Program-made: the position numbers and the translations under genes | Part shown: positions 37,780 through 52,377 of the stretch, one piece after another | Position numbering within the stretch: position 1 is the first letter of the stretch | Layout of the letters: each line of letters begins with the position of its first letter | Assembly (NCBI GenBank): GCA_964016885.1 | Contig: OZ024743.1 | Location: 84,196,001-84,260,000, forward strand | Source: Eledone cirrhosa | Lineage: Eukaryota | DNA: 64,000 nucleotides | Reading direction: 5' to 3' | The notes under the pieces: generated by a model | Database searches by the model: none | What the model was told of the DNA's origin: nothing | The model's input: only the letters and a program-made list of their open reading frames with translations

Positions 37780-40700
37780 GTAAGTCCAATCTTGTCTGCT
37801 GGTCATTTTGTTCTTACCACGCGTTTTGCCCTTACCAACTGTCGTCTTCCTTCTGTCTTTTTTTACATATAAAATAATCTCGATATTAGATTGTGTTTAG
37901 AACGAAACAATATAAACTGCAACGTTGCATGTACTCAAAGTACATGAAAGTAACATGCTGCAGAAGAAAAGAATTAGTATATCTATTACATAATGAAAGC
38001 GTTATGAAATATATATGAAGCGTGTGTGTGTATGTATATATATATAAAATCTAAAGTGTGAGTGTATATATATCATATATGTCGATTATATATTGTGTAT
38101 AGTTTCATTCATCCTTCATTTAGGTGGGTTCTCTTCTAAAAATGTTAGCTTCCGGCGACATTAGTCCCGCCCAGACAACTCGGGTTCGAATTCTTGGTTG
38201 TAGCCATTTCAGATCAGTTCATTTATGTTTCTTAATACTTATTGGGAAAGGCATGAACATCAAACAATTCCCCCTCTCCCGTCTCTCTCTCTCTATATAT
38301 ATATATATAAACACGCACACACGTTACAGTTAGAAATCTTTTTGTTTGAGGTACAAACATATACACACACACACAGTCTTGTACAAAGAACACATTAAAT
38401 CACCTAGATTTTTATTACTTTTATTTCCATATTTCTCAGAGAATTGATGTTTAAACTGAACATGAAAAGTGTTCAGATTTGCCAATAAAGAAATATATCT
38501 ATATAAACTAAAAGCATGTGGTTCTCTCTGGTAGAGGTAAACGACCTATTTGGTCCCATTTTGTATCGCTATAATCCGCGCTTTAGTTTCGATTCTTGAT
38601 CAAAATTTTATTCACTTAAGATCAATCAATGTCATCGATAAAAGGATAACATTGATTGATCGACATGAAATTTGCACACCATCCCTGTATTTCCGAATCT
38701 TCCTGTTTGTCTATGGAAGTGGTTGAATAAAGCGATGTTGCAGGCGGTAAAGTGACAAGATGTTAATATAAGCCTGTATAGTAACCAGTTCACTGCATCG
38801 CTTTTTCATTTATATACTTGTATGTCTATGCATGTATATATATATATGTTTTTGGATATGTGTGTATACATAGATAAAATATATAGATCGCACTTTAATC
38901 ATTGTCGATGAACGAGTTAATTTTTGTTTGTTGTGTAATCCGGTTTTGAATATTATCTAAAATTTATATTTACACCAGTGTAAAGCCATAAACGCCACAA
39001 CATCGTTGAAGCTTCATGCTTGATGTAAATCTCAGTGACCAAATTGAAGTAACTCGATTCCACACCCATAACTTAGTATTTCATCTTGTGTGTGTGTTTT
39101 CAGTTACATCTTATTTACATGAGTTGAGATCCCGCCAGGATTAACTGTCATCTTTTGTTGAGATCGATACAATATGTACCAGTCAAATACTGGGATCGAT
39201 ATAACTAACAAAATGTAGCCTAGAGACAAATATTTAAAAAATTATTATTATTAAAATGAAAATATAATAAAAAGATTGGCAGAATTGTTAGAATTTCAGA
39301 TAAAATGTCTTCCGGTATTAGTTCCTTGTTCAAATCCCACCGAGGTCGTCTTTGCTTTTCATCCTTCTGGGGGTCGATATAATAGACTGTCCATCTTTCC
39401 CCACTATTACCTGGCCTTGTGCAACTCTTATAATAATAATATAGCAACTCTTATAATAATAATAATAATATAGTGTGACATGCCAACCACTTGTTATATA
39501 ATCTACCTCCGTTTATTTAAAAAAAAAACACCTTTGGTATGAGAACCTATCGAATTTTGGAAGGCTTGTGTTCGCACACCTATCCTATATGTCTATGGCA
39601 ATATAAAACTGGTCACAGTTTTTATCTAAAGAATTATAAATCATTTATTTATACTTGAAATTATTAATATTTTCGTAGTTTTCCCGAAAATTCTAGTTTC
39701 AGTGTGTCTTTACGCATGTCTATATACACAATTTCACGTCCGTTTTTCCATATGTATGTTTGCAATGTGTGTGCATGTCTGTGTGTAGTTTAACAGACAG
39801 GCACGTGTTCTGATTTCCGTAGAACTACACATTTCTCTATATCAGAATCACCACAATATTGCCATTAAACCTAGTTTAAGAGAAACACCTACGATTTCTA
39901 AATGAAATACATAGTTGACCTCATTATTGAAGGTATCTTGTTCTAGCCAATATCCGATGTGGACCTTGTTTTAGAGTCATTTAAACATAACTAATTTCTG
40001 GTTAGCAGATGGTTATTTATTTATTTATGTTAGAATCCATTTACTGGTTTCAGCCATTAGACTGCGGTCATGCTGTTGCTCTTCATGGAAAGAATTATTC
40101 ATATCGAACCCCCGCGACCAATATATTTTTTCCAAGCCTTGTATTTATTTTATGGGTTTCGAACCGCTACGTAAACACACACACTATATATATATATATA
40201 CATATGTGTGTTCTAGCTGTCGAAACGGCCGGAGCTCAGCCGTCGGGGTCCTGAATCTCTTCATATTACCCACTCTACTACCCAAGTATCAAGTACTCTG
40301 GAGGGTTATGGTCCACCTGGTTTTTACCACACCCTATCTGATATATATCATCATTTTACGTCCGCTTTTCCCTGCTTGTGCTGGCTTCTACATTTTCTGT
40401 CTACCAAATTCCTTTTACATGACATTGGTCACTGGAACTAAACTCGAAGCCACGTGAATGCGCAGCGAACTCCTTAACTACACAGCCAAGCCTGTGCCTC
40501 TACAGAGAATCTATAATCGATTTCAAATCATGTCACCTACAATGCAGTTGATTCCTCTCAATCGCAGTTTCTTCATATTTCCAGGAAAGGAGCTACGAAA
40601 ATAAAATGTATTCACTCTAAGCTTAACTTGTTAAAAAGTTTAGATGGGAATTAACATATGTCATAATTTTGGCATTAAGATAATTCCCAAAATGTAGTCT

Positions 40701-43700
40701 TCCACATGCAAAGAGTTTTTAAAAAAAAACAACGAATTTTAGTAAAACAAAATGGGAAGAATTTACTGATTTCTTTGTCTCAGATCGAATTGCCATCTTG
40801 TTTGATTTTCTTTTAAATCATTATACCTTTTTTAAAGACTGATTTTTTTTTTCTAGTTGAAATTTTTTTGTAACAGATAGCGATAGGCAATATGAGGGTG
40901 CAAGGCCTAGTGGTTAAGTTATTGGACTCACAATCATAAGAGTGTGTGTTCAATTCTTAGACTGAGTGACGCATTGTGTTCTTGAGTTCATTTCCCATTG
41001 CTTTTCATGATAGAACTTGGTCTCATGTATTTAAAACAGCCGAGGAATCCTCTATGAAATCCAACGTCATAGGAGGCTGCTAAGCCTGCATAGGTGTGAG
41101 CTGTAAATTTTATTTTTCATTTCATTATCCAGCATCTTTTATTTGGGGTCAGTATTAAAAATATATTGTGATTCTCAGTTTTACAGTCTATTTAGCAATA
41201 GGTTTTAGTCACGGAAACTTTTAGTGACTCATCTTCAATTTTGAAGAGAAAGGTGTGTGCCAAGTTCAAGTATCTTGGGGGTTGTGTTCACAAGTGATGG
41301 AAGGCAGGAGGCTGAATTAAGTGCAAGAATTGCAACAGCTGGTTCAGTAATGCGCCAGCTTCAGCATTTGGTAATCAGAAGGGAGATAGGTGTAAAAGCT
41401 AAACTCATTGTCTTCAATTCGTTATTCATGCCAACCCTTACCTATGGCCATGAATCCTGGGTAATGACCGAAAGAATATGATTGTGAATACAAGCGGCCA
41501 AAATGGGTTTTCTCCAAAGAGTCTTTGAAGTAACGTTACTCGATAGAGTGCGTAGCTCAGAGATTAGAGTCGCACCAGGTAGAGCTGCTACTTCTCTGAA
41601 TTGAGAGATCACAGCTGGTTAGAATGTCTCAGGAAAGAATCGCTGGACAGATTTCACGGGCAAAACCAACTGGCAGGAGACCCAGGAGTAGACCCTGAGG
41701 AAGATGGTTGGATAACAACCATGAGCTCGGTTGGTCTCGTTTGGGGATCCAGCTGAATCAGTTGGAAATGGTTACTTCTAACAAGACCTGTTGGAAGGAG
41801 TGTTTGAGGATTCTGCCCCCACAACCCTCTCAGGAATAAGTGGGCGAGGAAGGTGTATGTTGCATGTATAAGTGCCGTGATTTATGAGAGCAAGAAATAC
41901 ACAACGAATGTAAAGCAGCAGAGAAGGATGGAAAGAACAAATGAGAATGGTTTGATGGATGAGTGGAGTGTCAGTGAGAGAGGAGACAATGGATTACAGA
42001 GGATGATGGGAATAGAACCTGTGATTAATGTTGTGAATGAGATGGTTGGGTCATGTGTTGAAGAAGGTTGAAAGTGACTGGATGAGAAGAGTAATAGAAA
42101 TGAATGTGAAAAGAGGTAGGGGAAGTGGAGAACCATGAAAGGCATGGCGACAGATGAAGGAAATGAAAACCTGAGGGTTTGGTGAAGGAAGATGGAGAAG
42201 CTTTTAATGGGAGCTGTTTTCAGCAGGGGAAATGATCCGAAAAAATTGTAATCTGTTTTAACTAGACTTTACAAATCTTGACTATTTTCTGTTGTTCATT
42301 TCAAGAACTTTTTAGATCTATTCATCTTAGTTCTTGTAAATCAAATATTTGGTTTCAAATTTGTTTTGATTTTCTTGCTTTAATTCATCCCTTTAGTTTG
42401 TTTATTTCTGTAACAACAATGTGGTGGTGGTCATGCTAGTGATAGTAATAGTGGTGATCATGATAATGGTAGTGGTTGTTGTGATGATCATATTGGTGGT
42501 GGTGGTGGTGATGATCATTGACAAAGAGACAAACAGGCAGCTCTGGAATACTTTAGAAGGGCATCGGATTGATAGATATTACAGTGAGGGTATTCACCAT
42601 CATTCATTTAAGATTTCAACAGACCAAACCAGAGTGGTTTTTGTTGGGACTGAGGTTGCACAGATCCGATCATCACTTTGAAGTGGATTCTGGAACAATG
42701 GTGGAACTACCAGCAGCAAAATATCACTTGCTTTGTGGTTTTTCTCACAGCCTTTGATCCTGTTGGCCACAGCACAGTTTGGAACATTATGATGGGCTGC
42801 CTGTGAAGCTGCTGGACCGAAAAGGAACATACTACACCTCTACATTAACAAAGGTTCCAGTGAGGTGTCTGACCCCTTCAAAATTCAGTCTGGTGTCTGG
42901 CTGAAAAGTCTGTCTCAAACTGATGCTTATCCTGGTGTTGTGCCATGAAGCGACTGAGAGTATAAGACGCCCCTGGACAAGATGCCAGTCCATCGCAGGG
43001 TTAAACCCCCAGCTATTGCTGGAACTCATTTTCATCTGAGTATATTGGAGCAACATGAAATGAAGTGGTTTGCTCAAGAACATAATCCAGCCCAGGAATC
43101 AAACCCACAACATTGATTGTAAATTCAACACCCTTACCACTAGGCCATGTACTCCACTATTTCCAACACCTTTGTCACCATACCACAAAAACCTGCTTTT
43201 ATTGGGTGCTCAGATGCACCATATATTTCTATATGGTTGCAAGCAATGAATGTTTAAATTTTCCCTTGCTAAATCCTCTGATTTTGTTATACTCCAAAAT
43301 TTACTTTTTGCTGAATAGATTTTTCGTGCACTCCGCTGCCTACTAGGTGTACTCATCCACGATCCAATCATCCCATGATGGTGTTAACAGCGAGATGGAC
43401 AGCTGAAAACATGGATTGGCACAATTAGGTTGGATTTCCTCTCATGTTGTCCACCAATAGAATCGTGACTTACTGATAATATTTGTGTTTGGTGTCTGTG
43501 ATGCTATGGATAAAGATTAAAGACTAAACGGTTTTATATTATAAATTCAGGGAAGTTTCAAGTGATTTGATAACAAAAGGGTTCCTTGGTACTAAAGACG
43601 TTGGAAACCACTAATGTAGTTCTACTTTCCTCTACTAATCTTATGAAGTGCTGCAAACAAAACTGTAAGAATTCATATAATTCCATTTTTGTCTTGTAGT

Positions 43701-46700
43701 CACTCTTGACGAGATTCACTGATACTATAAGAGATATCCTTCTTCCATCTTGGCTGTCCGATTTCGTGAATAACCAGGCAGAGAATTCTCAAAATGCTGT
43801 GATTGAGGAAGAGGATCAAAATGGAAACGAAATTAAAGACAATGAGGATAATTACTCTGTAAGTATACTGGCCAATTCTTGATTCATACTTCTCATTTAC
43901 TCTTTAGTATTACTGCATATACTGGTATATAAGCCAAGAAATATGTGACAAAAAAAAAAAAAAACGATGGTAAAATGTGTAGGGGGTGGGATGGCTTATA
44001 CTCAAGGTTAATATTTTGCTGATTTTTACCGACTTCATAATTCTACATAAATGAGGTGCTAAAATATTTTCACTTTGGAAGTGAACATTACACCAGTTTC
44101 ACTTTGGAGGTGAACATTACACTGATTTCACTTTGGAGCTGAATATTACAATGGTTTCACTTGTGACATGAAATTTGTATTTCCTATTGTTTTTGATATG
44201 TTTTGAATGAATATGGCTTTCAAAACAGTCAGAAATTGGTAAAATACCATTACATAATGGAATTGTGAAACATCACTTAAAACATTTAAAATATCAAAAT
44301 ATTAAAACTTCATAAATATATTCTTCACTCATGAGAATTTCAAAATTGCACCATCTAAACGTAATTTGTTGATTACCTGCCTCAGCTTATAAATGGGGTT
44401 TGGATTTTTGCCTATTTGTCAGGCATAAAACAAGGGATTGGCTTATATTTCAATATATATAGTAATTATAATTTGGTCAGAAAGAACCCCAGAACAAATT
44501 TGATGAGCAAAGCCAACTGGCAGGGGGCTCGAAGGAAGACCACAAACAAGATGGTTAGATAATATCCATAAGTTTGGCTAATTTTGCTTGGGTATCCAGC
44601 CAGATCATTTGGAGATGGTTGCTTCTGATAGAACTCTCGAAGGCATGTCTGAGAACTCAGCCCCTATGACCCTATCAGAAATAAAGTGGGTGAAGAAGAT
44701 TCACAATCTTATGGTCTTCAATTCGATTCTCAGACTGAATGATATGTGTTATTGAGCAAGACACTTCATGTCATTTCAGTCTGCTCACCGTCATCACCAT
44801 TTAATGTCAGTCTTCCCTGTTAAGGGTTGGACAGAGCTGAAAAAAAATTAGTTGTGACATCACTAATGTATCATCTTTTGTCTTTTCTTTGGACAACATT
44901 ATATATTGTTGTGTGGGTGACTGCTGGACTCCCACAGAAACACCTTGTGACATGGAAAGGAATTTTCCTGGTGCAAACCCATGGTTAGTCCTGACTGAAG
45001 GGGGTCTATTTTTTATACTAAATACATTTATATTTTGTTTATAATCAGGAGAACATACTTATTGTGTTATTTGGAAGTTATTCACTTCTAAAAGTTAATG
45101 TGTTGACAAGGCTGGATATGGCCTGTTTGAACAAAAAGTAAGGTACCGATTTTCAGATGTTTGACCTGCAGGATTCCAGTTCATGTAGATCATAAACAAA
45201 TATCACCACCTACCTGCACAGGTGCTATCAAATGTGAAAAAAAGTAGAAACAAATACACACCCACATCTTTATTAGTACCATTTTATGTCCACTTTCATA
45301 CAGCATTAGTCTTATGACAACAAAGGTGATTTTGTATAAAAAGATAAAAAGGGTTAACATATTTTACAATGATGGCTTTTATTGTTTTTATTTTCCAGTC
45401 ATCTCTTGAAGGTTCAGTTATTGGTGACCGACGTCCAGCTCAACCACGGCCATTACACCCTGAATATACAAACTATCATCAACAGGTGAAAGCAGTTTCT
45501 AGAAGGTCAGCGATGGCAGGTTATACAGCTGACCATATGGCAGCTAACCACGAGATGCAGTATCCGCCAGGACCGAGATATTCTGCCTCAAATCATGGTA
45601 AACATGTTTACAATTTCTCTATCTGTATTTGTAGCTCTCTTTCATCTTCCTATCTCTCTCTCTCTCCCTCCCACACTCTAGTCTCTCTTATCTCTCATCT
45701 TTCTATTTTGTTGGCATAATTGTCAAAGATACTTTAGTCTTCTGGCTATTTAAGCTTTTTGATACCAGCCCATCCAAAACCACCTATGTTAAAGGGTTCC
45801 TACTGATATTAAAACCTTTCAACATAATTTTATATAAGAAAATATTACAAATAGCATCTTAATCCTAAAGTTACCAACCTGGCCAAAACCAGCTCTGGTT
45901 CTATGAAATAAAAAAAAAACACCCATTTTTAAAGATTCTAATTTAAATTAAAATCTTCTAACATAATTTTATATAAGAACCTTACATTAAGTTTCTTAGT
46001 AATGCAATAATTAGTAATTTTAGTAAATCTTTTCCAAACTTCTTCATTGGATAATTAAAGTACAAAGTATTTCATTAGTAATGAAGTAATGAAAGGGTTA
46101 ATTTCTGTCAATACCACTATTACTATTTGTTTTACTACTACGTTATACCAAGATTACTAAATAAATGTAACTTTGTTTCAGCTGGTTCATTACCTCATGC
46201 TGGTCAAATGTCAGAGACGAACACTCGAGTGAATGATAAACAGAACTGCCTGACTGGAGCAGATATTGAACACTTGAATAATCGACTACATCCCTCTGCA
46301 GACACTCAACATACTTCTGACATGAATTATCAGTCAACCACAGCATCTGTTGATAATGATGATGATGGTAATGGTAGTGTTAGTGTTGATCCTGAAGATA
46401 GTTGTAAGTAAAACATTGAATCTCTAGCTAAGGGAGGCAGACAGCATTTGGGACAGCTAGCCATAGAAAACTTGCCAAATAAATGGTTGGGAGATCTCTT
46501 GAGCTGTGCCATAGATATAACAACCTTCTAAGTATTAGTGATCTAGATTATAAATGATCACATACTACACACTGCAAAGTGGTTGGTGATAAGAGCATCT
46601 AGCCATACAAAACCCTGCTAAAATTAAAGTTGGGACAGCTTTTCAGCTGTGCCAAAGGCAAGTCAACTTCCTTAGTGCTATGATAAAATGTATTTGGTAG

Positions 46701-49700
46701 AGAGTAAAATTGTGTCAGGCTTCCAGCCTACCTGGGAGTTAAGAAGAGCGCTACTTCAGTACTAACCAGTCTGTGACATATCTAACCCTTCTTAGCAGGG
46801 AAGAGGACATTAAATGATGATGATAATGATAATGGTTTTAACTAAAACACTGAACCTCTGGTTAAGGGGAACAGTTGTCGATTTGTTTTGAGCAAGGTAG
46901 TTCACTTTATGTTGCTCCATTCTACTCTACTGAAAAATAGGAATCTTAGTAGTAGCTGTGGGTTGATCCTGTACATCCTAGTTGTTCAGTACCAATGAAA
47001 CTGGGACAAGCTCCAGATTTTGTCCAAATTGTGCAAGCATAGAAAAACAGGCGAAAGACAATGATTTTCCATGATTTTAAAAGAATCAAATAAGTTTTCC
47101 CTTAGAATGAAATGGAGACTGAAATTTACAGCGCACTCCTATATACAGGTTTAGTTGGCCTCCTATGAGGATGCATCATAGGATGTTTCTCGAATGTTTT
47201 AATGATAGGAACCCTAGTCCTATTACAAAAAGCATCATGAAATGAAGTGTCAAACTCGATTGTACGAGATTGCTGTTTAATTTGATTGTATGATACTGAT
47301 GTGTGACAGCAGTGTGTCATTAACATTTGACACTGGTGTATATCCTACATGTGAGTAGTGTATCACTGATATATGACAGTGTGTTTCCAAGATGTGACAG
47401 CAGTGTGTTGTTGATGAGTGGTGGCGTGTTGCTGGCACGCCACAGTAGTGTGTCACGTCATGTAGTTAATCTGCAGTTGTATACCAGCAACTAACTAGAG
47501 TTATAAATTCTCACCAGTCAAAACTTTTCATGTTATTTTTCTTTATTACAGCAACTTTCATAGCTTGTAATTTAAGATTATCCTAATATAACTTCTCTTT
47601 CTACAGGTGATTATGAAAGTTCTAAAATTTGGAGCAATATATCATATTTGAAAAAAAACGAAAGTGACTCTTTTCGGACGAAGCCTCGATTTGAGCCTTC
47701 TCTGCTTGCTTCTCCGACTATGGTAATTTACTCTAATACTATTATTAGAATAACCTCTTAGGTTGCGTTGTTGTTGATTTTTTTTCAACATCCTTTAATG
47801 ATTTAGCAGAAAATATTTAAAATCACATTTGTTAATAGTATCTTTACTGGTAGACAAATCATTGTGAAAATTTGCAGTAGACTAGACTTTAATTTCTGTG
47901 ATGCAGTTGCAGTACTGTTTTGTACTTTTCAAGAAAGTCTTGTTAATGTAGCTTGTTAATTCAAATGTTTTACTAGTTTACAGATCATTGTAAAAATTTG
48001 CAGTAAACTAAAGACTTTAACTTTTACTGTTATGCAGTCATACTGCCTTTTTTCATATTTTTCGAGAATATCTTGCTTATGTTGTACCTGACATTGCATT
48101 AATATATGTTTATGTTTGTGTTTTCTAGAAAGATTCCTTGCTGTCAGATAGTCGGTCAGAGTCTGTGTTTTATGGTGGTAAAACACAGTATGGTGGAGCT
48201 TCCGCCAGGAAAAGAATGCGTCTGAATGAAAGTAATCCATATTCTGTAAGTTCCTTATTTCATGTTATTAACCCTTTGCTTGATTCTAATGACATACATT
48301 ATCATCATTTAACGTCGGTTTTTTGTTGTGTTTTTTTCATGGAAAAAAAATACTGGATTGAGTTTGACTGTATACACTGTATTTCAGTTAATCCTTTAGA
48401 TGCCAACCCAGGCAAAATTAATTCTGGTTCTATGATTCAAAGCACTCATTTAAACTCTTCTGTGGCTGTATTTCATCATCATTATTGTTTTTATTAGAGT
48501 TACGGCCCTTGCCATTCTGAGTTCAAATCCCGCCGAGGTTAACTTTGCCTTTCATCCTTATGGGGTCGATAAAATAAAGTACCAGTAATGTACTGGATAA
48601 TTGCTGGCCTTGTGCCAAAAGTAGAAACAATTATTGTTTTTATTGGCCGAGGTTAACTTTGCCTTTCATCCTTACGGGGTCGATAAAATAAAGTACCAGT
48701 AATACACTGGGAAATTGCTGGCCTTGTGCCAAAAGTAGAAACAATTATTGTTTTTATTGGCAGTATCGGTAGAGGGTCGGACGCCATGCTTTCCAGCATA
48801 GTTACGTCCCTTTATGATCTGAGTTCAAATCCCGCCAAGGTTGACTTTGCCTTTCATCCTTACGGGGTCGATAAAATAAAGTACCAATAATGCACTGGGT
48901 AATTGCTGGCCTTGTGCCTAAAGTAGAAACAATTATTGTTTTTACATGTTTTTCCACGCTTGCATGGGTTGGAAAGGTCCTTTTCAGCACAGCATCTCTC
49001 TACTCACTGCGTTCCTTCATCATCTCCTCTGTGAGTCTTAGCAGTTTGAGATTAGTTTTCACCATTTCCGCCCATGGCTTCTTTTTGTCTACTTCTACTG
49101 CGACTTCTTTCCAGTGATCGTCGTCCATGCACATCACATATACATACCAATGTAGTCTTCTCTCTTGCACACCACTTCAGATTCCTTTTAAACCCAGTTT
49201 CTCCTTCAGTTCATCCAAGCTCTGCTTTTCACTCCCACTTACTTAGCACATCCAACAAGGCATGGTTACTTCATTTTTCTCCTCAGTCATTGCTCATGTT
49301 TCATTACTATGCAGCATCGCACTTCGTGCACAGGCATCATACAGCAATCCTTTTATACATAGGAAGAAACTTCTTGTTGACGACAGTGGGAGTAGCTCTA
49401 AACTTCTTCCATCCTATCGTTATTCTAGCTATTATGTTCTCTGGGCACCCTCCTCTGTTGCTAATTAGGTCACCTAGATAGCAGAAGCTATCAACCACTT
49501 CTATGGATCCTTCATATGATTGGAAAAGGTTTCTAACACTGATGCTCTTCTTGTCAATTACCTCTGTGTATCTTCTACATACAAAGTCTTCCTTTCCTGT
49601 TAGTCTACCTGATATCCCACGATATCTCTTGTATATCCAAGACTTACATTGTGTACATCGTATGGAGTTTATGCATACTGCTTTTCTACATATTAAGCAG

Positions 49701-52317
49701 GACCACTTCCCTGAAGGAATCAGGGTCCTATCTTTTTTCCTACACCAAAACACTTGCTTCAGGTGGTGTTTCTTCTCTGAAGACCTTCTGCTGTCCAGCT
49801 CCCTTGAGAGTTTCTTACCACTTTAGTCTTGGCTAAGTTTACTCTCAGCCTTTTTGATTTCAAATTCCGTTTCCATAATCAAAACCTACTCTCTAGTTAT
49901 TTTATGGAGTCAGCTATAAAGACCAGTTCATCCACATAAAGAATTTCCCATGGACAATGAAATACTCTCTTTCAATTAATTGGGAATTATGAGGGATTTA
50001 CTGAAATTATTACATTAGGCTATGATAGTAACTTAACATGTGGTTCTTAAGTAAAATTTATATTGAAAGATTTTAATTAAGAAAGGAGCCCTTTTAAAAT
50101 GAGTGGTTTTGTTTCATCAAAAAGATTAATGAATTTTGAGGGGTTTACTAAAATTATTATTTCATTATACCAACATAGTAACATTAATATATGGTTCTTG
50201 GAAAATTTTAATTTAAATAGAAATATTTTATGAGTGGTTTTGTTTCATCAGTTCTGTATGAGCAAGACTTGGTTTTCTGGCTTGTCTCACAATGGGACAA
50301 CTCATTTAACTCATGCTAGTGTGGAATAATGGACGTTAAATGGTGGTGATTATGATGATAACCAGAGCTGGTTTGGGAAAGAATTCAGAGGGATTTACTA
50401 AGATTATTTCATTACTAAAATTGTAACTTAACATATGGTTCTTATATAAAATTATCTTGGAATATTTTAATTTAGATAGGAAGCCTTTAAAATTGGAGGG
50501 GGGGGGGGGGGGGGGTCATAGAACCAGAACCACTTTTGGTTGTGTTGGTATCAAGTTAGAGGTTTGTATTGCTTTTTTTTTTCCTAAGAAATGATGGATA
50601 TTTTATGTTTGTATATTTGCATTTATTTATATATTGCTTTTGATTTCTTTTCTGTGTAGGCTGCCATGCCATATCGGCGTCAGGTCAATGCTAAACCGTT
50701 ACATAGAAACAGTACTGGAGCTGTAACAAGTTCTACAGCTAAAAAGATCTCTGATATTTTAGAGATGATGGCAACTCCAATTTCAGTAAGTTCTGTTCTT
50801 TCACTGATTCAATCTTTATATTTCTACTGTCAACCTCAGTACTTCTTTTCATGCAGCACTGGTTCAATTTTTTAACTTGCATGTTATGTCACATATTCGT
50901 ACCTGTGTAGTTATGTATCATCATCATCATTTAATTCCCTGCTATTAAAGGTTGGCTAGGTCTTCACAGACTAATTCAGTACTGAAGTGGGGCTACTGAT
51001 CTCCAGATAGACCGGGGGGTCTACTTCTCGCTTACATGCAGTTCCACATCCTACCAAGTGCATTTTATTGTGGCACCAGCACTAGAGAGGATGTAAGGAC
51101 TTTGAGGTGACTAAAGGTCCTCCTGATCCATTGCTTGGCAAGCTTTCTACAGCTGGATACCCTTTATATATATATATATATATATATATAAAGGGTATAT
51201 ATATATACACACACACACTTACAGTAAACATGTTGACTAATCAGGGTTGCATATGCAACGCACCAATCAATGAATAATGATGCAAATCGATTTAAGCACT
51301 CAATGTCATGTATTTTCTTCCAAATATTATTTGTCAATCAGTGTCGGAATATATATAGAATAAGGAAAATATGAAGTTTGGTGTAGATGTTAAAATGTCC
51401 TTTATTAACAAAGCTGTGATACATATTTCAATAATGATTATGGCTGTGATTGTTCAATCATATGGCCAGTCACACATCATCAGACAGCATCTTACGTAAT
51501 AAGGTTAAGTTTCCAATCCAATCTAAAGACATGGGGATGGACAGAAATGATGTTTTCAAGGCTGAAGTTCGTTCCCTATATATAGCCATTTTGTATAATA
51601 CTCCACAAATTCTCTTAATCATCTACCTCTAACTGATGGCGGTTGTGACTTTCTTACTTTTTAGGATGCTCGTAAGATTCCAATGAATAACCACAATTTG
51701 GCTGACACAGTTCTTCAATTTACTGTAAGTACCACATTTGTTTGTTGTTATGATAGTAGAAAAATGAACATTAAACAGTGATGATGAATATATATATATA
51801 TCATCATCACCGTTTAACTTCCATTTGAGTTGTCCCATTGTGAGACAAGTCAGATCAAGTGACTGTATTTTACTCGTACATAACTGAATCTGGCTTGGTT
51901 TCTACGCTTGTATGCCCTTCTTAATGCCAGCTACATTTACAGTGTGTACTGGGTGCTTTTTGTCATAAAACCTACATGACCATTTTACATGGTTTTTACA
52001 TTCACCTTTCCTTGAAAATCATAGGCAATATCTTTCATTAGAAATATAGTAACGAAAGAGTTAAACCATTATTATGCGAGTAATTGGTGAAGCTGAGTTA
52101 GAGAAAGAAATGCCAAGTTTAGAATAATAATTATTGAATATATAAAATAATGTGATGCTTTATATTTGGTAGCCATCCAGTTTTAAACGCCGTACAAGAC
52201 CTTCTGCTGCAGTTTCAACATTCAGTTGTGATTCTGAAAGGGTAAGCTAATATCTATAACTTTCTAAGTGCGAAAAAAGAAAAAAAGGAAATGAAATACC
52301 AGTACTTTTTTAAGCAC

Positions 52318-52377
<60 letters not shown>

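Noticed and set aside
38124-38210. tRNA gene (GGTTCGAATTC B-box, ends GCCA)
   Set aside because: No convincing cloverleaf or A-box; more likely a decayed tRNA pseudogene or SINE head
42421-43346. Short ORFs in Nup153 intron 1
   Set aside because: Overlap low-complexity sequence and a CORE-like SINE (~42980-43150); no splice-consistent or recognisable product
50496-50516. Poly-G runs (also ~53603 and poly-C ~31834) as functional G-quadruplexes
   Set aside because: Simple homopolymers with no supporting context; lengths may be sequencing-dependent
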